A stretch of 47,536 bases of DNA from an uncultured Chitinophagaceae bacterium (GCA_966076165.1 CBHRAM010000001.1:1-47536), one strand, 5' to 3'; shown: positions 1-10,427, counted from the first letter of the stretch. Translations and numbers: made by a program. The notes: generated by a model not told the origin, from the letters alone.

Positions 1-24
1 TCGTCGTTCCTCCTCGCAATGACG
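1..24. repeat. Right arm of a GTCATTGCGAGG...CCTCGCAATGAC inverted-repeat element, truncated by the window edge
   Basis: CCTCGCAATGACG at 12-24 is the reverse complement of the arm at 38170-38182. Confidence 0.6.
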
Positions 25-62
25 TAGCCGAACAAAGAACAAAAGTTGATTCAATAAAAATT

Positions 63-97
63 CCATGAACCATAGACTATGGACCATGGACTATAAA
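63..97. repeat. Heptamer tandem array CYATRRA x5
   Basis: CCATGAA CCATAGA CTATGGA CCATGGA CTATAAA, ending 9 nt before the likely actC start. Confidence 0.75.
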
Positions 98-106
98 CAA
101 GACCAG

Positions 107-1579
107 ATGCATTTAAAGTACGAATCACAGCTTAGGGAACCATTGGTGAATGGTAACAAAACCTATCACCAGGTAACAGAAGATATCGTTCGCCCGATTG
201 AAGCAAAACCCAGCCGTTTATGGTATGTAGGGTTTTACATCGCGGTGGCGTTATTGTTATTTGGAGTGTACTCTATTTACAGGGATGTTACCTATGGTAT
301 CGGCCAGTGGAACCTGAATAAGACCGTTGGTTGGGGTTGGGATATCACCAACTTCGTGTGGTGGGTAGGTATCGGTCACGCAGGTACCCTGATCTCTGCG
401 ATCCTGTTACTGTTCCGCCAGGGATGGAGAACAGGTGTGAACCGTGCGGCTGAAGCGATGACGATCTTTGCGGTAATGTGTGCGGGCCAGTTCCCGATCT
501 GGCACATGGGTCGTGTGTGGATGGCATTCTTTGTATTACCTTATCCCAATACACGTGGTCCGTTATGGGTGAACTTTAACTCACCATTGTTATGGGACGT
601 ATTTGCGATCTCTACTTATTTCACTGTATCTCTTTTATTCTGGTATAGCGGTCTGTTACCTGACTTGGCTACCGTTCGTGACCGGGCTTTCACCAAACTG
701 CGTAAGCGTTTATATGGTGTAGCTTCTTTCGGATGGAACGGTTCTACCAAACACTGGCAGCGTCACGAGAGCCTTTCACTGGTTCTGGCCGGTTTGAGTA
801 CACCACTGGTATTGTCTGTACACACGATCGTATCCTTTGACTTCGCCACATCCGTTATTCCGGGTTGGCATACAACCATCTTCCCTCCCTACTTCGTTGC
901 CGGTGCGATCTTCTCTGGTTTTGCCATGGTGCAGACCCTGATGGTGATCATCCGCAAAGTATTTGAAATGGAAGATTATATCACCCTCGGCCACATTGAG
1001 GCGATGAATAAAGTAATTGTATTGACCGGTTCTATCGTAGGTATCGCCTACTTAACAGAGCTGTTCATGGGTTGGTATAGCCAGAACAAATTTGAAGGGT
1101 ACACATTCTGGTACAGCCGTGCTTACCTGTTCAGTCCTTATGGATGGAGCTACTGGGGTATGATGGCCTGTAACGTATTAAGCCCGCAGATCTTCTGGTT
1201 CCGTAAGATGAGAAGGAACTTATTTGTGACCTTCTTCATGAGTATCATCGTGAACATTGGTATGTGGTTCGAGCGTTTTGTGATCATCGTTACTTCACTG
1301 TACCGCGATTACCTGCCATCAAGCTGGTCTGTTTACTACAGCCCAACCATCTGGGAGATCGGTTTCTACGCCGGTACCTTCGGATTGTTCTTTACCTGCT
1401 TCTTCCTGTTTGCTAAATACTTCCCTGTGATCGCTATTGCAGAGATCAAATATGTATTGAAAACAACAGGTGAAAGTTATAAAGACAAGATGGGGCATCT
1501 GGAGCATGCAGCACCGGAAGTATTTGCACATAGTGGTCATGGACACACTACCGTACAGAACGATGCCGCATCACATTAA
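107..1579 (+). CDS. actC: Alternative complex III subunit ActC (NrfD/PsrC family quinol-binding membrane subunit)
   Basis: WGWDITNFVWWVGIGHAGTLISA, RAAEAMT, NFNSPLLWDVFAI, SVHTIVSFDF motifs; upstream of actD/E/F. Start placed at ATG 107 because 65-97 is a repeat array. Confidence 0.95.
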   Translation: MHLKYESQLREPLVNGNKTYHQVTEDIVRPIEAKPSRLWYVGFYIAVALLLFGVYSIYRDVTYGIGQWNLNKTVGWGWDITNFVWWVGIGHAGTLISAILLLFRQGWRTGVNRAAEAMTIFAVMCAGQFPIWHMGRVWMAFFVLPYPNTRGPLWVNFNSPLLWDVFAISTYFTVSLLFWYSGLLPDLATVRDRAFTKLRKRLYGVASFGWNGSTKHWQRHESLSLVLAGLSTPLVLSVHTIVSFDFATSVIPGWHTTIFPPYFVAGAIFSGFAMVQTLMVIIRKVFEMEDYITLGHIEAMNKVIVLTGSIVGIAYLTELFMGWYSQNKFEGYTFWYSRAYLFSPYGWSYWGMMACNVLSPQIFWFRKMRRNLFVTFFMSIIVNIGMWFERFVIIVTSLYRDYLPSSWSVYYSPTIWEIGFYAGTFGLFFTCFFLFAKYFPVIAIAEIKYVLKTTGESYKDKMGHLEHAAPEVFAHSGHGHTTVQNDAASH

Positions 1580-1629
1580 TAAAAGGAAGATCATTTTTTA
1601 ACAATAAATTCCTGAAAGGGAAGTTTTGT

Positions 1630-2220
1630 ATGGCAAAAAAGAAATTCGTAGTTGGCTGTTTTGATGATGAGGAAGTGTTGTTTCCTGCAGTGTCAAAAGT
1701 GCGCAAAGCAGGTTACAAGATCCATGATGTGTATACGCCGTTTGCGGTACACGGACTGGACCATGCACTGGGCCTCAGAGAAACCAGTCTGCATACTGCC
1801 GGCTTTATTTACGGTATTACCGGAACCTCTACAGCATTGGGCTGTATCAGCTGGATATTGGCAAAAGACTGGCCGTTGAACTTTGGTGGTAAACCACACT
1901 TTGCCTTACCGGCCTGGATACCCATCACTTTCGAGTTAACGGTATTGTTTGCTGCGGTAGGTATGGTATTGACCTTTTGTTATCTCTGTCAGATGGCACC
2001 ATTTGTAAAGAAGCATCATTTCCATGCACGTGCAACCGATGATCTGTTTGTAATGGTGATCGAGTGTACTGAAAAGACCAATGCAGAAGATCTGAAAGCA
2101 TTCCTGGCAAGCAATGGTGCTGTTGAAACCGATATACAGGTAGCAGAAGAAGGCTGGTGGTTAGGACGTTACGACCAGGATGAATTACCTTTTGAAAACA
2201 AGCAAACTGTAGCTGCTTAA
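1630..2220 (+). CDS. actD: Alternative complex III subunit ActD (DUF3341)
   Basis: VYTPFAVHGLD, DWPLNFGGKP, PITFELTVLFAA motifs; two TM helices; operon position. Confidence 0.92.
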   Translation: MAKKKFVVGCFDDEEVLFPAVSKVRKAGYKIHDVYTPFAVHGLDHALGLRETSLHTAGFIYGITGTSTALGCISWILAKDWPLNFGGKPHFALPAWIPITFELTVLFAAVGMVLTFCYLCQMAPFVKKHHFHARATDDLFVMVIECTEKTNAEDLKAFLASNGAVETDIQVAEEGWWLGRYDQDELPFENKQTVAA

Positions 2221-2239
2221 TTATTATTAGAATAGACTC

Positions 2240-2872
2240 ATGATGAATAAATTAGCAATCATAACTGTTTTGTCTGCCGCAGCAGTGATCGTTAGCTGCA
2301 GCGATGTAAAACGCAAGCCGGGTAGTATTTACATGCCGGATATGGCTTACAGCCGCGCTTACGAAACATATGCCGACCACAGCAACCTGAAAGAAGCAGG
2401 CATCAATTATACCAATATGCCTGTTGCCGGCACTATTTCACGCGAAGAGGAAATGCCTTTTCCGCTGGAGAAAGACAAAGCCGGTGATACCACGAATTAT
2501 TTTGCTTCCAGGCAGGTGAAAAGCCCGATCGATTCTTTATCAACCAAAGATGAAGCAGAAGCCGAGCGTTTATACCTGATCAATTGCGGTATCTGTCATG
2601 GTGCTAAACTGAATGGTAATGGTCCTCTTTACAAAGACGGAACCGGTCCTTACCCTGTTGCACCTAAGAACCTGATAGCTGATCCGTTGGTGTCTGTTAT
2701 GCCAGAAGGACAAATGTTCTACTCAGTAGCTTATGGTAAGAACCTGATGGGTTCTTATGCATCACAACTGAGCCGTAAACAGCGCTGGATGGTGATCCGT
2801 TACATCAAGAACCAGCAACAAAAAGCAAAAGCATCTGCAGCACCTGCTACGGCAGCGCCTGCAGCTAAATAA
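2240..2872 (+). CDS. actE: Alternative complex III monoheme cytochrome c lipoprotein ActE
   Basis: Lipobox IVSC, YMPDMAYS motif, heme motif CGICH, axial Met in GKNLMGSYA. Confidence 0.92.
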   Translation: MMNKLAIITVLSAAAVIVSCSDVKRKPGSIYMPDMAYSRAYETYADHSNLKEAGINYTNMPVAGTISREEEMPFPLEKDKAGDTTNYFASRQVKSPIDSLSTKDEAEAERLYLINCGICHGAKLNGNGPLYKDGTGPYPVAPKNLIADPLVSVMPEGQMFYSVAYGKNLMGSYASQLSRKQRWMVIRYIKNQQQKAKASAAPATAAPAAK

Positions 2873-2942
2873 AATAATTTAATTTTTCTCTGCCGGCTGG
2901 CAGAGAGGGAGATAGTAATAACTGATATAAAAGAGATTAACA

Positions 2943-4172
2943 ATGGCATCTATCAGAGAGCAATTTGAGATTCCCGGAAAGATGAAGACCTGGTCACTGG
3001 CCTTGATCGGCGTGGGTTTGGCCGCATTTGCAATTGGCCTTTTTACCAAAGGTTTCAGTTCCGATGAGCACGAACAGGCACATTTTTGGGGAACACTCAT
3101 GTACAATACGATCTTCTGGACATTGATCTGTAATGCCAGTATGTTCTTTATCTGTGTTACTACATTGGCCATGGGTGGATGGCAGCAGTCGTTCCGCCGT
3201 ATCCCGGAAGCCATTTCTGCGATGGTGCCTATTTTTGGTGCTATCACTTTCGTTGTATTGATCTATGTAGTGGTTAGCGATAAACATTTTATCTACCATT
3301 GGCTGGATACAGAAGCTGTGGCAAAAGACCCGATCCTTTCCGGTAAATCAGGATTCTTAAATGCAAAATTCTTTATCATCTGGACAACCCTGGCTATCGG
3401 CCTCTGGAGCCTCTTGGGCTGGAGAATGCGCCAGATCAGCAAGGAAGCAGATGAAGAAGCAATGGATCATGAAACAGGCGCAAGATTTATCTTGCGTAAT
3501 ACCGTACGTGCGGCTTTATTCACTGTATGGTTTGGTTTAACCGTAGGTTCTACTATCCCATGGTTATGGATGATGAGTATTGATGCACACTGGTATTCTA
3601 CCATGTACAGCTGGTACACATTTGCAAGCTCATTTGTATCAGGTATGTCATTGATCGCTTTATGGGTGATCTACCTCAAGAACAAAGGCTACCTGGAATA
3701 TACCAACCAGGAACACTTACAGGATATCGGTAAATTCATGTTTGCCTTCTCTATCTTCTGGACCTATTTATGGTTCTCCCAGTTCATGTTGATCTGGTAT
3801 GCCAACATTCCGGAAGAAACCGTTTATTTCAAACACAGGGTGCAGGGGCCTTACAAAGGCATTTTCTTCCTGAACCTGATCATCAACTTTGTTTGTCCTT
3901 TATTGATCCTGATGAAGCGTTCAACAAAGAGGAATTATACAATGGTTACTTTCATGGCGGTACTGATCCTTTTCGGACACTGGATCGATTTCTACCAGAT
4001 GGTAATGGGAAGTTTGTCAAAAGACCATGTAACCCTTGGCTGGCTTGATTTCGGTATCCTCAGCCTGTTTGTGGGACTGATGATCCTGTTCGTAGGACGT
4101 TCACTGGCAAGCAAACCACTGATCGTTAAGCATCATCCGTTCCTGAAAGAAAGTATCATACACCAGGTATAG
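2943..4172 (+). CDS. actF: Alternative complex III membrane subunit ActF
   Basis: Polytopic; WMMSIDAHWYST and WTYLWFSQFMLIWYANIPEET motifs; operon position. Confidence 0.92.
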   Translation: MASIREQFEIPGKMKTWSLALIGVGLAAFAIGLFTKGFSSDEHEQAHFWGTLMYNTIFWTLICNASMFFICVTTLAMGGWQQSFRRIPEAISAMVPIFGAITFVVLIYVVVSDKHFIYHWLDTEAVAKDPILSGKSGFLNAKFFIIWTTLAIGLWSLLGWRMRQISKEADEEAMDHETGARFILRNTVRAALFTVWFGLTVGSTIPWLWMMSIDAHWYSTMYSWYTFASSFVSGMSLIALWVIYLKNKGYLEYTNQEHLQDIGKFMFAFSIFWTYLWFSQFMLIWYANIPEETVYFKHRVQGPYKGIFFLNLIINFVCPLLILMKRSTKRNYTMVTFMAVLILFGHWIDFYQMVMGSLSKDHVTLGWLDFGILSLFVGLMILFVGRSLASKPLIVKHHPFLKESIIHQV

Positions 4173-4177
4173 AATAA

Positions 4178-4249
4178 GCAAGATGCTTGATGCAAAACGT
4201 ATAACGCTGATTTTAGCGTTCCGCGTTCGGCCTTTAGCGTTCAGCGTTT
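4178..4249. repeat. Inverted heptamer array (ACGCTRA-like arm, then TYAGCGT x5)
   Basis: Degenerate left units at 4178, 4185, 4192, 4199, 4206; right arm TTAGCGT TCCGCGT TCGGCCT TTAGCGT TCAGCGT at 4213-4247; between actF and coxB. Confidence 0.65.
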
Positions 4250-4274
4250 AAAAAAAGATAATATTGATAGCGTT

Positions 4275-5348
4275 ATGACAATGTTTTTAACCATAGCCGT
4301 AGTTGTGCTGATCTTCTTGGTGATCTTCCAGATCGCTAAAGCCAGTGAATATGTATCCGTTCTCAAAGGAGAAGATGTAAGCCGCAGACAGAATAACAAA
4401 GTGAACGGTTTTCTGATGGTTGCCTTCCTGGTACTCGGAATGATCGGTGTTTGGTATTGTAACAAACTCTACTTTCCTAAAACACTGCTGGCGGTTGATG
4501 CTGCAAGTGTAGAAGGGGCGCGTGTAGATTCTATGTTATGGATCACAATTGCTGTAACCGGATCTGTGTTTTTAGCTACACAGGCCATCCTGTTCTGGTT
4601 TGCTTATAAATACCAGGAGAAAGAAAACCGTAAAGTTTTCTATTTCGCACACAGCAATAAACTGGAAGCCTTATGGACCATCGTTCCGGCTATCGTGTTA
4701 ACCGTGCTGGTAATTGTGGGTCTGCGTAACTGGTTCCTGTTTACAGGTGAGCCTCCCAAAGATGCCATGGTAGTGGAAGTAACCGGAAAACAATTTGGCT
4801 GGATTTTCCGTTACCCCGGTAAAGACGGCGCTTTCGGTAAAAAATATTACAAGAATATTGACCCTGCATCCAATACACTGGGTATGTTATGGGACGATCA
4901 GTTAGGACATGATGATGTGGTTACCGAACAAACCGTTTACCTCGTAAAAGGCAAGCCGGTAAAACTGATCATCGGTTCAAGGGATGTGATACATGATGTG
5001 GGCCTTTCTCATTTCCGTTTAAAGATGGATGCCGTTCCGGGTATTCCAACTACTCTTTGGTTTACACCTAAGTACACTACCAAAGAAATGAAGGAAATGA
5101 CCAATAACCCGAATTTCGTGTACGAGATCAGTTGCGACCAGATGTGTGGTAACGGTCACTATTCTATGAAAGGAATTATTGAAGTGGTAGAACAGGAAGA
5201 ATACGATATGTGGATGGCGAAACAGAAACCACAGTACCTGGTAGCTTTCCCTGATAAGGATCCTTCCAATGCAAAAGCAGCAGACACCACCAAAGCAGCA
5301 GCAAAAGTGATAGATGCCGCAGCAACAAAAACAGTAGCAAAATTGTAA
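4275..5348 (+). CDS. coxB: Cytochrome c oxidase subunit II (CuA)
   Basis: LEALWTIVP, QFGWIFRYPG, DVIH and CDQMCGNGHYSM CuA ligands. Confidence 0.95.
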   Translation: MTMFLTIAVVVLIFLVIFQIAKASEYVSVLKGEDVSRRQNNKVNGFLMVAFLVLGMIGVWYCNKLYFPKTLLAVDAASVEGARVDSMLWITIAVTGSVFLATQAILFWFAYKYQEKENRKVFYFAHSNKLEALWTIVPAIVLTVLVIVGLRNWFLFTGEPPKDAMVVEVTGKQFGWIFRYPGKDGAFGKKYYKNIDPASNTLGMLWDDQLGHDDVVTEQTVYLVKGKPVKLIIGSRDVIHDVGLSHFRLKMDAVPGIPTTLWFTPKYTTKEMKEMTNNPNFVYEISCDQMCGNGHYSMKGIIEVVEQEEYDMWMAKQKPQYLVAFPDKDPSNAKAADTTKAAAKVIDAAATKTVAKL

Positions 5349-5412
5349 ATAATTTTCTTCCGGCTATTTCGGAAGATGATACGTTGAAAAGAACTAATTA
5401 AAGAAACAGAGT

Positions 5413-7227
5413 ATGAGTAACGAAGCTGTTTTGCACGCACACTCAGGAGCGGCAACGCATGAAGGACACGGTGATCATCATGAACACCACCATCATGAAA
5501 CATTCATCACCAAATACGTGTTTAGCCAGGATCATAAAATGATCGCTAAACAGTTCCTGATCACAGGTATGTTCTGGGCCGTATTGGGTGGCTTGATGAG
5601 CGTGTTTTTCCGTTTACAGTTGGGGTATCCCGATTCCACTTTCCCATGGCTGGAAAGCCTGTTGGGTAAATGGGCCAAAGGTGGCCATATTACCCCCGAA
5701 GCGTATTATGCGCTGGTAACCACACACGGAACCGTACTGGTATTCTTTGTATTAACAGCGGGCCTCAGCGGTACTTTCGCCAACTTCCTGATTCCATTGC
5801 AGATCGGTGCACGCGATATGGCGTCTCCTTTCCTGAATATGCTTAGCTACTGGTTCTTCTTTGCAGCCGGTGTGGTTATGTTATCTTCTATGTTTGTGGA
5901 AACAGGTCCATTCAGCGGTGGTTGGACGGCTTATCCTCCTTTAAGTGCTTTGGGTGATGCTTCTCCGGGTTCTAAAACCGGTATGGATCTCTGGATCGTT
6001 TCCATGGCCTTATTCGTTGTGTCTTCTCTGTTAGGTGGTTTGAACTATATCGCTACTATCCTGAACATGCGTACCAAGGGTATGAGCATGACACGTTTAC
6101 CGTTAACTATCTGGGCATTGTTCTTTACAGCTGTTTTGGGTGTATTGTCTTTCCCTGTATTGTTCTCAGGCTTTATCTTATTGATCTTCGACAGAAACTT
6201 CGGAACCAGTTTCTATTTATCAGACATATTTGTGAACGGCGTTGGTGCATTGCCTAATGAAGGTGGTAGCGCTATTCTCTATCAACACTTATTCTGGTTC
6301 TTAGGTCACCCGGAAGTATATATCATTCTCTTACCTGCCATGGGTATGGTATCAGAGATCTTATCTGTGAATTCGCGCAAACCGATCTTCGGTTATATGG
6401 CCATGATCGGCTCTTTGTTCGCGATCGCTATCCTCGCCTTCCTGGTATGGGCGCACCACATGTTTGTAACGGGATTGAATCCATTCCTTGGATCGATCTT
6501 CGTATTGCTGACTTTGTTGATCGCCGTTCCATCTGCTATTAAAGTGTTTAACTGGTTAACCACTTTATGGAGGGGTAATATCCGTTTCACACCGGGTATG
6601 ATGTTCGCCATTGGTTTTGTAAGCTTATTTATCTCGGGTGGATTAACCGGTATCTGGTTAGGAAACTCTGCATTGGATATTCACCTGCACGATACCTATT
6701 TCGTAATTGCCCACTTCCACATTGTAATGGGTGTGGCATCTATGTTCGGTATGTTCGCAGGTATCTACCACTGGTTCCCTAAAATGTATGGCAAGTATCT
6801 GAATAACACTTTAGGCTATATCCACTTCTGGGTAACCATCGCCGGTGCGTACATGATCTTCTGGCCAATGCACTATGAAGGTCTGGCCGGTATGCCACGT
6901 CGTTACTACGATTACAGCATCTGGGAAAGCTTCAAACAGTTTGTTGAGCTGAACCGTTTCATCAGCACGGTTGCTATGATCGTGTTTGCTGTACAGTTGT
7001 TATTCCTGTTCAACTTCTTCTATTCTATTTTCAAAGGAAGAAAACTGACTTCATTAAACCCATGGGGTGCGAATACTTTGGAATGGACCACACCGATCCG
7101 TCCCGGTCACGGAAACTGGCCTGGTGAGATCCCTGAAGTACACCGTTGGGCATATGATTATGGTAAGGATGGACATGAATTCATTCCTCAAACCACACCG
7201 GTTGGAGCAGACGAGAGTCATCACTAG
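5413..7227 (+). CDS. ctaD: Cytochrome c oxidase subunit I, A1 type
   Basis: DHKMI (D-channel), GWTAYPPL, WFLGHPEVY, WAHHM, HDTYFVIAHFH, GMPRRY. Confidence 0.97.
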   Translation: MSNEAVLHAHSGAATHEGHGDHHEHHHHETFITKYVFSQDHKMIAKQFLITGMFWAVLGGLMSVFFRLQLGYPDSTFPWLESLLGKWAKGGHITPEAYYALVTTHGTVLVFFVLTAGLSGTFANFLIPLQIGARDMASPFLNMLSYWFFFAAGVVMLSSMFVETGPFSGGWTAYPPLSALGDASPGSKTGMDLWIVSMALFVVSSLLGGLNYIATILNMRTKGMSMTRLPLTIWALFFTAVLGVLSFPVLFSGFILLIFDRNFGTSFYLSDIFVNGVGALPNEGGSAILYQHLFWFLGHPEVYIILLPAMGMVSEILSVNSRKPIFGYMAMIGSLFAIAILAFLVWAHHMFVTGLNPFLGSIFVLLTLLIAVPSAIKVFNWLTTLWRGNIRFTPGMMFAIGFVSLFISGGLTGIWLGNSALDIHLHDTYFVIAHFHIVMGVASMFGMFAGIYHWFPKMYGKYLNNTLGYIHFWVTIAGAYMIFWPMHYEGLAGMPRRYYDYSIWESFKQFVELNRFISTVAMIVFAVQLLFLFNFFYSIFKGRKLTSLNPWGANTLEWTTPIRPGHGNWPGEIPEVHRWAYDYGKDGHEFIPQTTPVGADESHH

Positions 7228-7276
7228 AATAGTTACGGGTAACGAGTAAATATTACCCGGTTATCAATAGATTATT

Positions 7277-7309
7277 CAATGCTCCCGATACATCGGGAGC
7301 ATTGTTTTT
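7277..7309 (+). terminator. Intrinsic terminator after subunit I
   Basis: CAATGCTCCCGAT / ATCGGGAGCATTG stem followed by TTTTT. Confidence 0.75.
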
Positions 7310-7375
7310 ACATCGCAGATTAAAAGAAAGAAAACCGGATAAATTGTATCCGTGTTTTTTAAGCGGGACAAGAAA

Positions 7376-8344
7376 ATGACAAGCGAGAACAACACACAAG
7401 GTTCCACCACGTTTACCATAGCGTCCAAAGTGAAGGACTATTTCCAATTGATCAAGTTCACTTTGAGCTTTACCGTTGTGTTTTCCTGTGTGATCTGTTA
7501 TTTGCTGGCACCCAATGTAGTTGGGTACAACTGGCTGATGATCTTACTGCTTTTTATTGCCGGTATGCTGGTAACAGGAAGTGCCAACGCGATCAACCAG
7601 GCAGTAGAAAAAGATACGGATGCGGTTATGAAACGCACCAAGGGCAGGCCCGTAGCCGATGGAAGAATGAGTGCAGGCGAAGCTTACACTTTTGCAGCCA
7701 TCAGTGGATTATTGGGTGTGTGGATGATGGGATGGTTCTTTAAAGCAGATGATAATAGTTTTAACTGGGATGCGGCCTTGCTATCGGCGTTCAGTCTTTT
7801 TTTATACGCGTTCATTTATACGCCCTTAAAAAAGATCAACTCGATAGCGGTGCTGATCGGAGCTTTTCCGGGTGCATTACCCTGTTTGATAGGCTGGGTG
7901 GCAGCAACGAATATGATCAATCCCATCGGAACGATCGTAGTGGATGGAAAAGAGTTCTCTAACTCAGGCGGCTGGATCTTGTTTGCGATACAGTTTCTCT
8001 GGCAGTTCCCGCATTTCTGGGCAATAGCCTGGGTGGCACACGGAGATTACAGTAAAGCAGGGTTTAAACTGTTACCGGCAGATAAAGGGCCCACAAAGTT
8101 CACGGCAATCCAGGGCATCATGTACTCGGTATTGATGATACCGGTTGGCATACTGCCTTACTATTTTGGAATGGCCGGACAAGTGAGTATGTGGATCCTG
8201 GTGGTGTGTAACCTGTTCATGGTAGTACAGAGCATCCGTTTATACAATGAGATGGATGTGAAAGCAGCAAGAAGGGTAATGTTCAGCAGCTATATTTATC
8301 TGCCGATCGTTTTACTGGCTTTGCTTGCTGATAAGATCAGATAA
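7376..8344 (+). CDS. cyoE: Protoheme IX farnesyltransferase (heme o synthase)
   Basis: UbiA family NQAVEKDTDAVMKRTKGRP, YTPLKK, WQFPHFWAI; inside the cox cluster. ATG 7376 preferred over GTG 7352. Confidence 0.95.
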   Translation: MTSENNTQGSTTFTIASKVKDYFQLIKFTLSFTVVFSCVICYLLAPNVVGYNWLMILLLFIAGMLVTGSANAINQAVEKDTDAVMKRTKGRPVADGRMSAGEAYTFAAISGLLGVWMMGWFFKADDNSFNWDAALLSAFSLFLYAFIYTPLKKINSIAVLIGAFPGALPCLIGWVAATNMINPIGTIVVDGKEFSNSGGWILFAIQFLWQFPHFWAIAWVAHGDYSKAGFKLLPADKGPTKFTAIQGIMYSVLMIPVGILPYYFGMAGQVSMWILVVCNLFMVVQSIRLYNEMDVKAARRVMFSSYIYLPIVLLALLADKIR

Positions 8345-8487
8345 TTAGTAATTAATAGTTAGTAATTAGTAATTATCTATTAATAAGTATCAAACAGGAG
8401 CTACAGTGGGCATTAGCATAAAGAGGAAGAAAGCGCAGAACCTCTAAACACAAAAATTACTAATTACTAATTTCTAATTATTAATTA
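8342..8487. repeat. Inverted TAATTAG/CTAATTA heptamer arrays around a ~78-nt spacer
   Basis: Five units at 8342-8376, the first containing the cyoE stop TAA, and the complementary array at 8454-8487. Confidence 0.85.
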
Positions 8488-8493
8488 AAAATA

Positions 8494-9072
8494 ATGATGA
8501 CAACCGTGCAGACCAGAGAGCCCCAAAAGATTCACCCGCACAAGTTTACCCTGTGGGTGGGGATGGGTAGTATTGTGATGATGTTTGCGGCGTTTACGAG
8601 CGCCTATATTGTAAAAAAGAACCAGAGCAGCTGGCTGGAATTTGAATTACCGAGGATCTTTTGGTATTCTACGTTTGTGATACTGGCAAGCAGTGTAACC
8701 ATGCAACTGGCCATCAAGGCTTTTAAAGCAAGGGAAATGAGCCGTTACCGTAACCTGGTTACGATCACAGCCATACTGGGTGTGCTGTTTTTGGTAATGC
8801 AGGGCCTGGGCTTTCAAAGCCTGGAACTGAAGAATATAGCCTTAACGGGTGCCAAGAGTAATTCGGCAGCTTCTTTCCTGTTTGTGATCACCGGTCTGCA
8901 CATGTTGCATGTACTGGGTGGCGTGATCGCTTTGCTGGTCATCTTCTTCAAGGCATACAGGCAAAAAGTGAAGAACTACAGCGCTTTGCCAATTGAACTG
9001 GCGGGAACATATTGGCATTTTGTAGATGCGATCTGGATCTATTTATTCATCTTTTATAACTGGATAGGTTAG
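8494..9072 (+). CDS. ctaE: Cytochrome c oxidase subunit III family protein (first)
   Basis: MMFAAFTSAY, ITGLHMLHV, YWHFVDAIW. Confidence 0.9.
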   Translation: MMTTVQTREPQKIHPHKFTLWVGMGSIVMMFAAFTSAYIVKKNQSSWLEFELPRIFWYSTFVILASSVTMQLAIKAFKAREMSRYRNLVTITAILGVLFLVMQGLGFQSLELKNIALTGAKSNSAASFLFVITGLHMLHVLGGVIALLVIFFKAYRQKVKNYSALPIELAGTYWHFVDAIWIYLFIFYNWIG

Positions 9073-9150
9073 TTGAAGAAAAAGTTGAGGTTTATTCACC
9101 TTTTTTGAACGGTAGCCAATATTTTTGTAACGAAACTTTAGACTTAGAAC

Positions 9151-9831
9151 ATGTCAACATCAACTACGGTTACACCAACCAAACTGTGGAGCGGCGGAAA
9201 AAGCCCTTTCAACGTAGAATACGGCAAATTGATGATGTGGTACTTCCTGATGAGTGATGCTTTCACATTTGGCGCATTCCTGATCTCTTATGGTACCATT
9301 CGTTTTTCAACCAATGGCTGGCCTGACCCGAATGAAGTGTTTAAAAGCTTCCCATTTGCACCGGAAGGGGTACATGCACCCCTCGTGTTTGTGAGTATCA
9401 TGACCTTTATCCTGATCATCAGTTCAGTAACCATGGTATTGGCGGTACATGCCGGTCATAATATGGATAAGAAAGGCGTGGTGAAAAACCTGATCTGGAC
9501 CATTATAGGCGGGGTTGCGTTCTTAAGCTGCCAGGCATGGGAGTGGAACCACCTGCATGCAGAAGGAGCCTGGTGGGGAAGCAATCCTTTCCTGAACCAT
9601 GACGGAACGGCTTCATCAACCAATTTTACCAATTACTTCTTTACCATCACCGGGTTCCACGGATTCCACGTGTTCTCTGGTGTGATCATTAATATCATTA
9701 TGCTCATCATGACCTTAATGGACAAGTTTGAAAAACGCGGCCATTACCTGATGATCGAAAAAGCCGGTTTGTACTGGCACTTTGTAGACCTGGTATGGGT
9801 ATTTGTATTTACCTGTTTCTACCTGATCTAA
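9151..9831 (+). CDS. ctaE: Cytochrome c oxidase subunit III family protein (second)
   Basis: GKLMMWYFLMSD, ITGFHGFHV, GLYWHFVDLVWVFVF. Confidence 0.92.
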   Translation: MSTSTTVTPTKLWSGGKSPFNVEYGKLMMWYFLMSDAFTFGAFLISYGTIRFSTNGWPDPNEVFKSFPFAPEGVHAPLVFVSIMTFILIISSVTMVLAVHAGHNMDKKGVVKNLIWTIIGGVAFLSCQAWEWNHLHAEGAWWGSNPFLNHDGTASSTNFTNYFFTITGFHGFHVFSGVIINIIMLIMTLMDKFEKRGHYLMIEKAGLYWHFVDLVWVFVFTCFYLI

Positions 9832-9839
9832 GATCAAGA

Positions 9840-9860
9840 CCATGGTCCATGGTCTATGGA
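9840..9860. repeat. Short heptamer array CYATGGW x3
   Basis: CCATGGT CCATGGT CTATGGA, same family as 63-97. Confidence 0.55.
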
Positions 9861-9896
9861 CGGATTTTTTAAATGATAATTTTATAAAAAGATATT

Positions 9897-10352
9897 ATGG
9901 AACATACAGCAGCACACGAAGAACATAGCGGCGGCGGAGTAAAAGAGATCGTTAAAGTAACGGTTATCCTTTCTGTCTTAACCATCATTGAACTGGCATT
10001 AGGTTTCTGGATGATGGGCATGCCGCTGGAAAGTGGTTTACGCCTGGCTGTAAAAGGAACCATCATTATCCTGATGCTGGCCAAAGCCTTTTACATTGTA
10101 GGTTATTTTATGCACCTGAAACATGAGATCAAGAACCTGATCATGACGATTGTGGTTCCCCTGGCATTGTTTGTATGGTTCATTATTGCATTCCTGTATG
10201 ATGGAAATTCATTCCGTCACCTGAGGAACACCTACGATCCACACTTTAAGGAACAAAGCACCATTAAAGTGGAGAAGAAAGAAGAAAGCAAACACGAAGA
10301 GAAGAAAGAAGAAGCGAAACCTGCAGAGGAAGAGAAAAAAGTGGTGGAATAA
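9897..10352 (+). CDS. Cytochrome c oxidase subunit IV family protein
   Basis: KAFYIVGYFMHLKHE motif, 3 TM helices, charged K/E tail. Confidence 0.88.
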   Translation: MEHTAAHEEHSGGGVKEIVKVTVILSVLTIIELALGFWMMGMPLESGLRLAVKGTIIILMLAKAFYIVGYFMHLKHEIKNLIMTIVVPLALFVWFIIAFLYDGNSFRHLRNTYDPHFKEQSTIKVEKKEESKHEEKKEEAKPAEEEKKVVE

Positions 10353-10383
10353 GAATCGTTTGGCATCTTTTCAAATAATTATT

Positions 10384-10414
10384 AAACCATCGCTTTTATG
10401 GCGATGGTTTTTTT
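10384..10414 (+). terminator. Intrinsic terminator
   Basis: AAACCATCGC / GCGATGGTTT stem plus T run. Confidence 0.75.
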
Positions 10415-10427
10415 ATAGATATCCAAT

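Noticed and set aside
65-106. N-terminal extension MNHRLWTMDYK of actC in the ORF track
   Set aside because: It is the translation of the heptamer array; the same applies to the fabH extension upstream of 46276.
5130-5170. CuA motif CDQMC lacks the usual Glu (CxExC)
   Set aside because: That residue binds CuA through its backbone carbonyl and is known to vary; all side-chain ligands are present.
5413-5500. His-rich N-terminus of oxidase subunit I
   Set aside because: Common low-complexity extension in this protein family; no further evidence of a special role.
8391-8441. Spacer between the TAATTAG arms reads QTGATVGISIKRKKAQN, faintly like the SGTSVGANIxEAQ motif of four-helix-bundle proteins
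   Set aside because: Too short and divergent to call a remnant by eye; needs an HMM search of orthologous junctions.
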